Shown here piece by piece: positions 8,972 to 18,321 of a stretch of 64,000 nt of DNA. The notes under the pieces were generated by a model. That model saw nothing but the letters and a program-made list of their open reading frames with translations, had not been told where the DNA came from and searched no databases. This DNA comes from an uncultured SAR86 cluster bacterium. GTDB lineage: Bacteria; Pseudomonadota; Gammaproteobacteria; Magnimaribacterales; D2472. The position numbers and the translations under genes were made by a program. The stretch covers positions 80,649-144,648 of the forward strand of contig CACEAP010000004.1 of NCBI GenBank assembly GCA_902557645.1, read 5' to 3'. Within the stretch, counting starts at the first letter, position 1. Each line of letters starts with the position of its first letter.

Positions 8972-11599
8972 CTAGAAGGAGACTTTAAATCCAAGTGAAG
9001 CTGATGTACCAAGATTATATTGATCATATATTGCAATATTTCTCATAGATGCATAGTACTCCTCATCCAGTAAATTTCTTAATTCAAACGATACTTTTAA
9101 CTCATATTTAGGGTATGAGTAAATTTTTGAAAATGCAAAATCTACCAATAGTGGAGGCTCTTCAATAATATCCGGCAAAACATCAATACCTCTAGCTCTT
9201 ACCCTATCACTAACATAGTTAACAATTAGGGTTGCTTGAGTTTGATTTTGTAAATTATCTAAACCGATTTGAAGGTTTGCAATTGTATCTGATTGACCCT
9301 GCAATCTGGTATCCCTTCCATTCGCAAGAAGATTTTGAGCATCTACTAGAGTACCAATACTATTTATATAGGTATCTCCAGGGTTTACAATTACTTCAGA
9401 TTCAGTTTGCGTATAATTAAACTTAATGAGTAAGTCGTTAGGAGAATCCATAATCGCCTCGAATAATTGCTCATATTCAATTTCAAAACCATTAATTTCA
9501 GCCAAAGGAACGTTTTGGTAAGAGGTAATAATTAAATCACCTGACTCATTAACAGTTTCTTCGATAGGTTTAAGAATTTCCTTTGAGAAAATACCAGCTG
9601 TAAAAAATTGATTAAAACCTAAGTAGTATTCAAGTCTTAAATCAATATTGTCAATCTCACTATTTTCTAAATATAGTGAACCAGCTATTACTCTGTCAGT
9701 ATCAACATCTATAAATAGTGTTGGGGATAGCTCTCTGAAGGTTGGTCTAGCAATTGTTTGAGAAGCACCGAATCTAATTTGAAGGTTTTCATCAAATTCA
9801 GGGAGATATGTTAATGTCATTGAAGGTAGCTGATAATCTTCTTCTATTGATTTATCAATTACAGAATCAACACCTGAAAATAAATCATATGTATTAACTT
9901 GCTGAAGGCCTTCTTCTTGCCTAATTCCAGCAGTAAATTCAAAATTATCTCCAATTGAAGATTCAACACTAATGTATGCTGAGTCAATTTCCAATAATCC
10001 TAAGTACCCGGCTGGCGATGAACTTGCAGTATTCTCGATTACCAGTAATCTATTAGGATCAAAGTTTTGGTCAGCAAAAATATAGTCTATTCTGTTATCT
10101 AGGCCATCTTGAGGTAAGGGACCACCAGCAGCCAAAAATCTAAAACTTCTAACTTCAGCTGACCTATCATTTTCAATGTTTTCAACTCCAGTTCTCAAAA
10201 ATGTTGATTCGCCAAGGGGGATCTCTAGATCTATAACAACATTTGTATTTTGGTCTTGGACCATACTAAATTGGGTTTGGTTCCTACCTGTATTAACATC
10301 ATATAAATAGACTCCGTCTTCATCTCCATCTTCATAGAAAACAACTCTTTCATATGGAGAATCTCTCTCTGCCCTTCCATCACCCAAACTTACATCTAAA
10401 GTCCAGTCATTTTCAAAAGTCTTATCATAATTAAACTGATGATTTATTAGTTCTCTTTCATAAAATTCTAGATAATCTTCTCGAACATCAGATGAATCGC
10501 TTGAATCATATCCTTGGATGATACGCCCTTCTTTTGTTCCTTTATGAATGTATAGCCCAGTGTATTTTATTTCAGATGAATCAGTTTCAAGACCAACAAC
10601 ACCCATTGCATATGCTGTAACATCATTTGATGTGCTTTTAAAAGTTTTGTCATTTTGAACAACAACATCTACAGTACCATCACCTTGGTTTTGTAAATCA
10701 CCAGTTTGTCTGATTCCTTCTTGTGTATCCCATGAACTTTTTAAACCTGAAGTAAACATGAAGCCCATTGTTGCACTAGGATCATTAATGAGTTTATCAA
10801 TTCCTAAACCGTCAAGAGTATCTCCATAGGTCAAACTATAAGATTGATCTAGAGGAACATCTCCTGATTGTAAAACCCATAGCTTTGAATTTTCAAAATT
10901 TCGACCAAAATTAGCCAATTGCGTTGAATTAAAGTTAGACCTATCAAGTTTAAGGTTGTTATCAATAGCATGCTTAATACTCCATGGAATATCTCTAGTC
11001 CCGTCATCGTAACCAAAACTATCATCACTTCCACCGTCATACATTAGCCCATCATCTTTTAATGAAGTAGCAGAGTTATAGCCAGTTGAAGCTGAAAATT
11101 CAAAGACTCTATCTAAAGGAACAGCTTTTGTATTTATCTCAATCATACCTCCACCAAACTCACCAGGCATGTCAGCTGAATAGGTTTTTTGCACTACAGC
11201 TGATTCAATGATGCTTGTAGGAAAAAGATCAAGAGGTACAACTCTCTTAAGTGGTTCAGGACTTGGAAGATTAAGGCCATTAAGTGAAGCAGATGAATAT
11301 CTGTCACCTAAACCTCTTACATATACATATTTACCTCGCACTAAACTAAGACCTGTAAGTCTTGTAAGGGCGATAGCAATATTATCATCACCGGTTCTTT
11401 CGATTTCTGATAAATCTAATACTGCTGAAATCTCGGATGTATCTCTTTTCTCATCTGGTATAAAAGATCCGCTTATCACCACTTCTTCAATTTCCTGAGC
11501 ATTGATAAACAATGGAGAAACTATCATGAAGGATAAAGCAAGCTTTAAAAAACCCAAGACTTTGTTTGTTTTTTTTGTTGATTCCATTTTGACTCCCAA
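8972..11599 (-). CDS. TonB-dependent outer-membrane receptor
   Basis: Signal peptide, plug motifs (EEVVISGSFIP…, VRGLGDRYSSASLNG), and a C-terminal aromatic residue (…GFKVSF). Confidence 0.9.
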   Translation of the reverse strand: MGVKMESTKKTNKVLGFLKLALSFMIVSPLFINAQEIEEVVISGSFIPDEKRDTSEISAVLDLSEIERTGDDNIAIALTRLTGLSLVRGKYVYVRGLGDRYSSASLNGLNLPSPEPLKRVVPLDLFPTSIIESAVVQKTYSADMPGEFGGGMIEINTKAVPLDRVFEFSASTGYNSATSLKDDGLMYDGGSDDSFGYDDGTRDIPWSIKHAIDNNLKLDRSNFNSTQLANFGRNFENSKLWVLQSGDVPLDQSYSLTYGDTLDGLGIDKLINDPSATMGFMFTSGLKSSWDTQEGIRQTGDLQNQGDGTVDVVVQNDKTFKSTSNDVTAYAMGVVGLETDSSEIKYTGLYIHKGTKEGRIIQGYDSSDSSDVREDYLEFYERELINHQFNYDKTFENDWTLDVSLGDGRAERDSPYERVVFYEDGDEDGVYLYDVNTGRNQTQFSMVQDQNTNVVIDLEIPLGESTFLRTGVENIENDRSAEVRSFRFLAAGGPLPQDGLDNRIDYIFADQNFDPNRLLVIENTASSSPAGYLGLLEIDSAYISVESSIGDNFEFTAGIRQEEGLQQVNTYDLFSGVDSVIDKSIEEDYQLPSMTLTYLPEFDENLQIRFGASQTIARPTFRELSPTLFIDVDTDRVIAGSLYLENSEIDNIDLRLEYYLGFNQFFTAGIFSKEILKPIEETVNESGDLIITSYQNVPLAEINGFEIEYEQLFEAIMDSPNDLLIKFNYTQTESEVIVNPGDTYINSIGTLVDAQNLLANGRDTRLQGQSDTIANLQIGLDNLQNQTQATLIVNYVSDRVRARGIDVLPDIIEEPPLLVDFAFSKIYSYPKYELKVSFELRNLLDEEYYASMRNIAIYDQYNLGTSASLGFKVSF

Positions 11600-11617
11600 A
11601 TAGGTTTTATAAAGTTA

Positions 11618-14548
11618 TTAGTTAAGTTTTATTGATCCAGGTACTGTCCATCCTTTGTACCAATTATCAGTTGCTCCGCTAACTGCACCTATGTAAGTAA
11701 CTTCTTCAAAAAATCCATCGGCATTGTATATTGCAGGAACAGTTGTAACAGTAGCACCACTCTCTGCAGAACCATTAACAACTCCATTAAGTGTATTTAC
11801 ATAAGTACCGCCACCAGATGTAGCTGCATATAAGTTAGTGTCAGGAGATTCCTTAACAATAGCCTCAATTGTTGATACTGCAACACCATCATTAGTTTTA
11901 ATAAATCCTGGGCAATCAAATGCTATAGAGTTCATAGAGAAATTAGGTGTTATAGCACCATCGAGAGGTGTTTCTGTTTTAGTAGTCTCTATACAATTTG
12001 TTGATTTGCCTGTAACTTCGTTAAGAACAGCAGCAACTCCATTATAATATTGACCTGATACACCCTCTTTTAACTTAAATATATCGTCATGGCCTCTACT
12101 TACAAATGTAAAATTAGCAACAATTGGATTTGATCTAGGCTCACTTAAATAACCAACAGTAACATCACTGTTAACATTATCTGATTCGACAATGTGATCA
12201 CCTTTATCGTTAGCCTGTTGAACTATAACGTATTGAAGTCTTCCTTGATAACCCCAATCAATGTCCAAGTTATCATCATCATTTCCAGTACATATCAAAT
12301 GCTTGACATCAACTGTTCCACCAAAGAACTCGACGCAATCATCAGCATTGTTATGGACTTGTATGTATTCAACCGAAGTACCACTGCCAACACCACCAAA
12401 AGTGATTCCATTTAGCTCATTACCTGGAAATACCTCATAACCTGCATACTGAACTCTTAAATATTTAAGTGCTCCACTGCTATCAGTAGGTATTTCACCA
12501 CCCATTACATCTCCAGTTGATCCCTCAACCTCTCTCTCACATGGAACGATTCTTACTCCTGTTGAAGAGTATGAACACTTATTAATTGGTGATTGACCAA
12601 GAATGACCAATCCGCCCCAAAGCCCTCGTGTTGAGTTAACATCTGCTTGACCAAGAATATCTTGTCTTCCAGTCATCACAATTGGAGCTGATTTTGTTCC
12701 TACAGCGTTAATATCGGATCCTCTCATGATTACTAAGTAGTCATTACCTGATTCACCAAAAACTGTTACGCCAGGATTGATAGTTAACGTAGCTGAATCG
12801 CCGTTTGAAGCAGCACCATCTGCTCCAACATCAACACCAATTTGAACTTTACCGTCAAGCTTGTAATAGTTTCCTGCTACTAGAGTTAAATCATCTGTTA
12901 TAACTCCATTTAAATCGCAAACCTTTCTACCTAAAAGAATTTCAGATTCAAGAGTTCCAGCAGGACATTCAGGATCGGTAAATAGACCAACAGTCCAACC
13001 TGCGGCCCAGTTATTTTCTGCATCAGATCCAGGTGAAAAAGCACCAACATAATCGGTTGCTGAAAACCATGTATTAACTATGTAATTACCGTCATCGTAT
13101 CCAGGGCATAGTTCTGTTAATGCTCCAGCTGCATGAGTTCCAACTGCACACATATCATCAATTTCTGATATGGAGAATGCGCTAGGAACAGCAGACTCTG
13201 TATCGCCCAAGAAATATGTGTCTACCATAGTGTTAGATCCAAAGTTTAAATTTGTTGATCTTGATGCAAGTGATGTTGCAAATTCTGCAGCCGTTGCTGC
13301 ATCAAACTTTACAGGGAAGTCTGTTTCATTAGCTGAATCAAAAAATATTGAATGATGGGCAATTTTATCTGTTAATGCGCCATCTTGAATAGTTTCTAAA
13401 AAAGTACCCTCTACGAGATTCTGTGATACTTGGTTTACAACAATACCATTTATATAAATTCCAGATACACCCTCTTTATACTTAAGTGGTTCGTCAGCAC
13501 CACCCCCAATAAAGGTAAAATTAGCAACCATCGGTTGTGATCTGGGCTCTGTTAGGTAACCTACTGATGCATCAGCATTTGTATTATCTGATTCTACAAC
13601 GTGATCACCTGAACCAACATTTTGTTTAACAACAACAAATTGCATTTTTCCTTGATAGCCCCAATCAATGTCAAGATTATCATCACCTGCATTTGTACAA
13701 ACTAAATGTTTTACATTTACTGTTCCACCAAAAAACTCTACGCAATCATCTTGGTTGTTATGAACTTGAACATAATCCACCTCTGTACCATAACCAACAC
13801 CGCCAAAGGTAATACCATTTAATTCGTTACCTGGAAATATTTCTTTACCTGCGTATTCAACTCTAACAAAGTTTAAGACACCAGAGTTATCATCTGGAGA
13901 AGCTCCACCCATAATAGCAGTAGTAGAACCTTCAACCACTCTTTCACAATCAGCAGTTCCTATAAGATTAGGGCTGCATTTGTTAATTGGTGCTTTACCT
14001 AAAATTACTATTCCACCCCAAAGACCACTTGCACTATCCGGATTAGTTAAAGATCCATCAATCGCTGAGGCCGCAGTAAACCTAATAGGATTAGATCTCG
14101 TTCCGTTAGCAACGATTTTTGATCCTCTTTGAACAACAAGATAATCATCAGGTGTTTTTTGAGCAAGGGTTACACCAGCTGGAATTGTTAATGTTGCAGC
14201 AACTCCTCCAGTTTTTGTTCCATCTCCACCCATATCGACACCAACATCAACTAAGCCAGATAAACGATACATTACATCAGTTGTCAGAGTTATATCATCA
14301 GTTATTGGACCCACAATTGCGCATAGTGTATTTCCACCAACAGTTGCATCATTAGAAATAAATGGAGAAGAAGGACATGATCCCGTTAATAAACTACTTG
14401 TTCCACCTCCATCATTACCACCGTCACTTGGGGCTGATAGTGGTCCTAGCTCACCAGGAGAAACAATGCTAGTATCACCTGCTCCACACGAAGCTAAAAT
14501 GAAAATTGAAGAGATTAAAAATAAGTTTTTAGTTGATTTTAGGTTCAT
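11618..14548 (-). CDS. 976-aa surface/periplasmic lipoprotein with two homologous halves, function unknown
   Basis: Lipobox ILASC. It ends 18 nt upstream of the receptor gene. Both halves repeat GLWGG(I/L)VILG…PINKC…VEGST…GNELNGITFGGVG…VHNN.DDCVEFFGGTV.VKHL.CT…DDNLDIDWGYQG. Confidence 0.85.
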   Translation of the reverse strand: MNLKSTKNLFLISSIFILASCGAGDTSIVSPGELGPLSAPSDGGNDGGGTSSLLTGSCPSSPFISNDATVGGNTLCAIVGPITDDITLTTDVMYRLSGLVDVGVDMGGDGTKTGGVAATLTIPAGVTLAQKTPDDYLVVQRGSKIVANGTRSNPIRFTAASAIDGSLTNPDSASGLWGGIVILGKAPINKCSPNLIGTADCERVVEGSTTAIMGGASPDDNSGVLNFVRVEYAGKEIFPGNELNGITFGGVGYGTEVDYVQVHNNQDDCVEFFGGTVNVKHLVCTNAGDDNLDIDWGYQGKMQFVVVKQNVGSGDHVVESDNTNADASVGYLTEPRSQPMVANFTFIGGGADEPLKYKEGVSGIYINGIVVNQVSQNLVEGTFLETIQDGALTDKIAHHSIFFDSANETDFPVKFDAATAAEFATSLASRSTNLNFGSNTMVDTYFLGDTESAVPSAFSISEIDDMCAVGTHAAGALTELCPGYDDGNYIVNTWFSATDYVGAFSPGSDAENNWAAGWTVGLFTDPECPAGTLESEILLGRKVCDLNGVITDDLTLVAGNYYKLDGKVQIGVDVGADGAASNGDSATLTINPGVTVFGESGNDYLVIMRGSDINAVGTKSAPIVMTGRQDILGQADVNSTRGLWGGLVILGQSPINKCSYSSTGVRIVPCEREVEGSTGDVMGGEIPTDSSGALKYLRVQYAGYEVFPGNELNGITFGGVGSGTSVEYIQVHNNADDCVEFFGGTVDVKHLICTGNDDDNLDIDWGYQGRLQYVIVQQANDKGDHIVESDNVNSDVTVGYLSEPRSNPIVANFTFVSRGHDDIFKLKEGVSGQYYNGVAAVLNEVTGKSTNCIETTKTETPLDGAITPNFSMNSIAFDCPGFIKTNDGVAVSTIEAIVKESPDTNLYAATSGGGTYVNTLNGVVNGSAESGATVTTVPAIYNADGFFEEVTYIGAVSGATDNWYKGWTVPGSIKLN
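11940..12967 (-). repeat. intragenic duplication, copy B (about residues 528-870)
   Basis: Begins at CPAGTLESE…ITDDLTLVAGNYYKLDGKV, parallel to copy A (…ITDDITLTTDVMYRLSGLV). Boundaries are approximate. Confidence 0.7.
13350..14377 (-). repeat. intragenic duplication, copy A (about residues 58-400 of the lipoprotein)
   Basis: Long colinear protein similarity to copy B. The core is also recognisably similar at the DNA level, e.g. ccaccaaaaaactctacgcaatcatc versus ccaccaaagaactcgacgcaatcatc. Confidence 0.7.
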
Positions 14549-14647
14549 AAGAATTCCTTTTAAAAAAATTAATGAAGAAATTTAATAATTTTCTTGTGAA
14601 CTTTAAATTGGTTTTATGTAAAGATTTTGTTAAATAAATCTATTTAA

Positions 14648-14665
14648 TGTTACAACAGTGTTAAC
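14648..14665 (-). promoter_or_regulatory. weaker Pho-box-like repeat upstream of the lipoprotein/receptor operon
   Basis: The minus strand reads GTTAACA-CTGT-TGTAACA, 100-117 nt upstream of the ATG at 14548. The first half-site is degenerate. Confidence 0.35.
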
Positions 14666-14732
14666 TGTTTGGTATTTGGTATAAAAGGAGACCAGTAAAA
14701 CAACTAAAAATTGGATGATAAATTTGTCATTT

Positions 14733-15980
14733 TTAAACTCCAAATGTAAATTTCAAAATATAGAAAAATAATATGGTAAGAATTGCCCCGGCTGGTATAG
14801 TCACAATCCATGACAAAATAATTCTTCCAATAGAGCCAAGATCTAAATGAGAAACTCCTTTTGCTAAACCAACCCCTATAACTGCTCCAACTAAGGTATG
14901 GGTAGTTGATATTGGAAACCCTATATAAGTTGCAGCAACAACAGTTGATGCTGCTGCCATTTCAGCTGAGAAGCCTAAGCTTGGTGTTAAGTGAGTAATC
15001 TTACTGCCAACAGTTTTAATAACTCTTCCACCGAGCATTGCTAATCCAAAGACTATACCTACACCACCTATTAAAAGAACCCAGGGGCTAACCGCAGATT
15101 TTGCTCCAATAGCTCCTTCAGATGCAACACTTATTATTGCTGACATTGGCCCTATTGCATTAGCTACATCATTAGATCCATGTGCAAATGCCATTGCAGA
15201 TGCTGTAACAATCATAAGAATTGCAAATGCCGACTCAACTCCATATTCCCTAATTTTCTTTTTATTTAAATTTAATAGAACCGCTGTAATTATAGAAACT
15301 GCTACACCAAAGATTAATGTTATTAAAACAACTTCGTTGTCTGTTAAGGGAAGACCAACATGTTTAAGGCCTTTTCTAGCAGTAACAAGCCCAATAATTA
15401 CAGCTACAAAAAAACTATAAAAAGGTATAAGTGATACAGCTGCTTGGACGGGATCTCTTCTATCTAAAATGAACTTTTTTGCACTCAAAAATATACAGAA
15501 TGCCATTATTCCTGAAATTGCTGGTGAAACAACCCAGCTTGCAGCAATGGTACCTACTTTACCCCATGAAACTGCAGCAAAACCCAATGAAACGATAACA
15601 AATCCAACTATTGAACCTACAATTGAATGCGTTGTTGAAACCGGCCAACCTTTTGTACTTGCAATAAGCAACCAGGTTGCAGCAGCAAAAAGTGCTGACA
15701 TCATTCCTATTATGAAAATATCTTCATTTCCTACGTACAACTCTGGTGATACTATTCCTTTTCTAATTGTGGAGGTTACTTCTCCACCAGCCAAATATGC
15801 ACCAAGAAATTCAAAGATTGCTGCAATGAAGATTGCTTGTTTAAAAGTTATAGCCCTGCTTCCAACAGAGGTTCCCATTGCATTAGCAACATCATTAGCA
15901 CCAATGCCAAATGCCATAAAAAATCCTGCAAAAGCAGCAATTAAGAGTATTATTGTTGGATCTAAAAATAAATTTTCCAT
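14733..15980 (-). CDS. pit: inorganic phosphate transporter, PiT family
   Basis: The duplicated GANDVANA / GSNDVANA signatures are diagnostic of PiT. The likely start is MENLFLDP at 15980, because the upstream 19 codons lie in the promoter region. Confidence 0.9.
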   Translation of the reverse strand: MENLFLDPTIILLIAAFAGFFMAFGIGANDVANAMGTSVGSRAITFKQAIFIAAIFEFLGAYLAGGEVTSTIRKGIVSPELYVGNEDIFIIGMMSALFAAATWLLIASTKGWPVSTTHSIVGSIVGFVIVSLGFAAVSWGKVGTIAASWVVSPAISGIMAFCIFLSAKKFILDRRDPVQAAVSLIPFYSFFVAVIIGLVTARKGLKHVGLPLTDNEVVLITLIFGVAVSIITAVLLNLNKKKIREYGVESAFAILMIVTASAMAFAHGSNDVANAIGPMSAIISVASEGAIGAKSAVSPWVLLIGGVGIVFGLAMLGGRVIKTVGSKITHLTPSLGFSAEMAAASTVVAATYIGFPISTTHTLVGAVIGVGLAKGVSHLDLGSIGRIILSWIVTIPAGAILTILFFYILKFTFGV

Positions 15981-16018
15981 AATTTTATATAAAATATAAA
16001 CAGATTTAACAATATTCT

Positions 16019-16047
16019 TGTTACAAACGCTAGACATTTGTGCATGA
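16019..16047. promoter_or_regulatory. Pho-box-like 11-bp-phased repeats in the divergent pit/ppk2 intergenic region
   Basis: The plus strand reads TGTTACA-AACG-CTAGACA-TTTG-TGCATGA. On the minus strand it reads TGTCTAG-CGTT-TGTAACA. Orientation is ambiguous and half-sites are degenerate. Confidence 0.3.
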
Positions 16048-16138
16048 CATTAGAAAACTTTTTTTTAGTAAAGTAAATTAAAAAAGAATAATTCTGGATT
16101 GAATAGTAAAATATATCGCAACTTTAAAATAACTAATT

Positions 16139-16978
16139 ATGAGCTTAATATCTTTAGATCAAACCATTTATAAAAAGCTTAATCCAAATGCATATGCTCT
16201 TGAAAAGAGAAAGCTTCAAATTGAACTCTTAAAGCTTCAAGAAGATGTTATAAAAAATAATAGAAAATTATGTATAGCTTTTGAAGGAAGAGACACTGCT
16301 GGAAAAAGTTCGGCAATTAAATTCTTTTCTGAACATTTAATACCAAAAAATTTTAGCTATGTGCATTTAGGAATTCCATCTAAATGGGAATCATCTCACT
16401 GGTTTCAAAGATGGGAAAAAGTATTACCAGATGTTAATGAAATAGCTTTTCTTGATAGATCTTGGTATACCAGAGCTATAACTGAACCGGTAATGAATTA
16501 CTGCAATGAAAAGCAATATAGAGCCTTTATGAACAGGGTGAATGATTGGGAAGAAAGTCTAATTGCTAACGGTACTGAATTAACAAAATTTTATTTTTCT
16601 CTATCTAAAGATCAGCAAAAGAAAAGAATAAAGGCAAGAAAGAATTCAGAATTAAAATACTGGAAATTATCTAAAAATGATGAAAAGGTTGTAACCAAAT
16701 GGGATGCTTTTACTTTATATAAAGAGCAGATGTTTGAAAAGACATCTACACAAATTTCACCTTGGGTAGTTATAAACTCTAATAATAAAATGATTGCTAG
16801 ATTAACTGCATTAAGATTTTTATTAAATAAAACTAACTATGAAAATAAAAAACTCCTGAAGCCAGTCTCTTGGTCAAAAGATATTGCTAATTATTCAGCA
16901 AGTCTCGATGGTGTTATGTTTAACAATTTAAATTATGAGCAATATATATCGATTACTAAATACTCTGATGATGTGTAA
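16139..16978 (+). CDS. ppk2: polyphosphate kinase 2 (single-domain PPK2)
   Basis: Walker A FEGRDTAGKSS and the lid region …FLDRSWYTRA…. The 279-aa length is typical of one-domain PPK2. Confidence 0.88.
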   Translation: MSLISLDQTIYKKLNPNAYALEKRKLQIELLKLQEDVIKNNRKLCIAFEGRDTAGKSSAIKFFSEHLIPKNFSYVHLGIPSKWESSHWFQRWEKVLPDVNEIAFLDRSWYTRAITEPVMNYCNEKQYRAFMNRVNDWEESLIANGTELTKFYFSLSKDQQKKRIKARKNSELKYWKLSKNDEKVVTKWDAFTLYKEQMFEKTSTQISPWVVINSNNKMIARLTALRFLLNKTNYENKKLLKPVSWSKDIANYSASLDGVMFNNLNYEQYISITKYSDDV

Positions 16979-16983
16979 CTAAG

Positions 16984-17844
16984 ATGAAAATTGCCGCGAT
17001 AGATATTGGAACAAATGCTATTAAATCAAAAATATTCTCTACTACGCCTGCATCAATAGAGTTTATAGAAAGCATAAGAACTCCTATGAGATTAGGTGAG
17101 GATGTCTTTAGTAACGGTTTTCTTTCACAAGATAAATTGAATGATTTGATTAAAATTCTAAAAAATTACATAGAATATTTTGAGAAAAATAATATTGATA
17201 TGTATGAGATAGTAGCTACATCTGCCTTTAGAGACACAGCTAATTCAGAAGAAGCTAGGCGGTTGGTAGAAAACTCTATCGAACATCCTATTAGAATTAT
17301 TTCAGGCTTGGAGGAAGCAAAATTAATCAGATTTCATCCAAAAGCTCAATCAATGCCCAATAAATTGTTTGTTGATATAGGTGGTGGATCAACTGAGTTT
17401 TATATTCATACCAAGGCAAAAGATTATATTCAATCATTTCAATTGGGTGCTGTTAGAAATTATATGAAAATGGATTCAAAAGCAGAATGGGAAAGAATGG
17501 ATAACTGGCTTGATCAACATATTGAAAAAATGCAGCTTATTGGAATTGGTGGGAACATTAGAGCATTTCTAAATATTTATAAGATGAAATCGATGAGCCA
17601 AGATGAATTTGTAGCAAATGCTAAAAAGTTAGCCCTTCTTGATAAAAAGGAAAAGCAATCTCAATACAATCTTAATAATGACAGAGTTGATGTTATTGAC
17701 TCAGCTATTTCAATATATCTGCAAATAATCAATAAACTTTCAATTTCTAAAATTAAATCAACGCGCTGGGGCATTTCTGATTCTGCAGCAGTAAAGCTAT
17801 TTCATGAGCTTTATTCAGACAAAATTGCAATTAAAAATAATTAA
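16984..17844 (+). CDS. ppx: Ppx/GppA-family phosphatase, short form (N-terminal domains only)
   Basis: ASKHA-fold motifs IDIGTNAIK and VDIGGGSTEF. At 286 aa it is much shorter than the roughly 500-aa enterobacterial Ppx. Confidence 0.78.
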   Translation: MKIAAIDIGTNAIKSKIFSTTPASIEFIESIRTPMRLGEDVFSNGFLSQDKLNDLIKILKNYIEYFEKNNIDMYEIVATSAFRDTANSEEARRLVENSIEHPIRIISGLEEAKLIRFHPKAQSMPNKLFVDIGGGSTEFYIHTKAKDYIQSFQLGAVRNYMKMDSKAEWERMDNWLDQHIEKMQLIGIGGNIRAFLNIYKMKSMSQDEFVANAKKLALLDKKEKQSQYNLNNDRVDVIDSAISIYLQIINKLSISKIKSTRWGISDSAAVKLFHELYSDKIAIKNN

Positions 17845-17863
17845 TTATCAGGCTAAACTTTAT

Positions 17864-18319
17864 TTATATGGAAAAAATAATAGTAAAACGCTTTATTTCG
17901 TTAAGTCTTGATACATTTATAGATTCAGGCGTTATGCCTATTAATTTAATTGAATCTTCTATAAACATTAAGGATTTTTCAAGATCATTTAATATATAAA
18001 CAATTTTGAGCTCTCCATTTTCTGAGGTTCGAACAAAATTAATAAGCCCATAATTTTCAGACATGCTATCTAATTTAGTGTATGTAGCTTCTGCATTTGC
18101 AAGAAATCCTTGCTGAGCTAAATTTAAAGATAAAATCTCAGCTTGCTTACTAACATATTCATAGTCAGCTTTTGATGATTTTAATCTTTGAGATGAATCT
18201 TGAAGATTACTGTAGAGAGATGAGGTTAAAGATACAATTATTCCTATAAATATAATACTGATTAATACTTGCAGTAAAGTTTTTTCTCTAGCTTGAAGGT
18301 TGTTATAAAATTCTTTCAT
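17864..18319 (-). CDS. gspM: type II secretion system protein M
   Basis: 151 aa with a single N-terminal TM. It is the last gene of the gsp operon, directly after gspL. The call rests on position and architecture. Confidence 0.6.
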   Translation of the reverse strand: MKEFYNNLQAREKTLLQVLISIIFIGIIVSLTSSLYSNLQDSSQRLKSSKADYEYVSKQAEILSLNLAQQGFLANAEATYTKLDSMSENYGLINFVRTSENGELKIVYILNDLEKSLMFIEDSIKLIGITPESINVSRLNEIKRFTIIFSI

Positions 18320-18321
18320 TA

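Noticed and set aside
15469-15999. A 176-aa plus-strand ORF, along with many similar track ORFs (e.g. 659-931, 2748-2945, 2975-3262, 11208-11498, 28206-28571, 46510-46977, 57441-58465, 62994-63248).
   Set aside because: All lie antisense to, or out of frame within, long genes that have clear family motifs. They have low-complexity or odd composition and no start signals, so they are typical shadow ORFs.
15981-16037. 19-codon N-terminal extension of the PiT ORF.
   Set aside because: The PiT family's first TM begins right after MENLFLDP. The extension lies in the AT-rich divergent promoter region.
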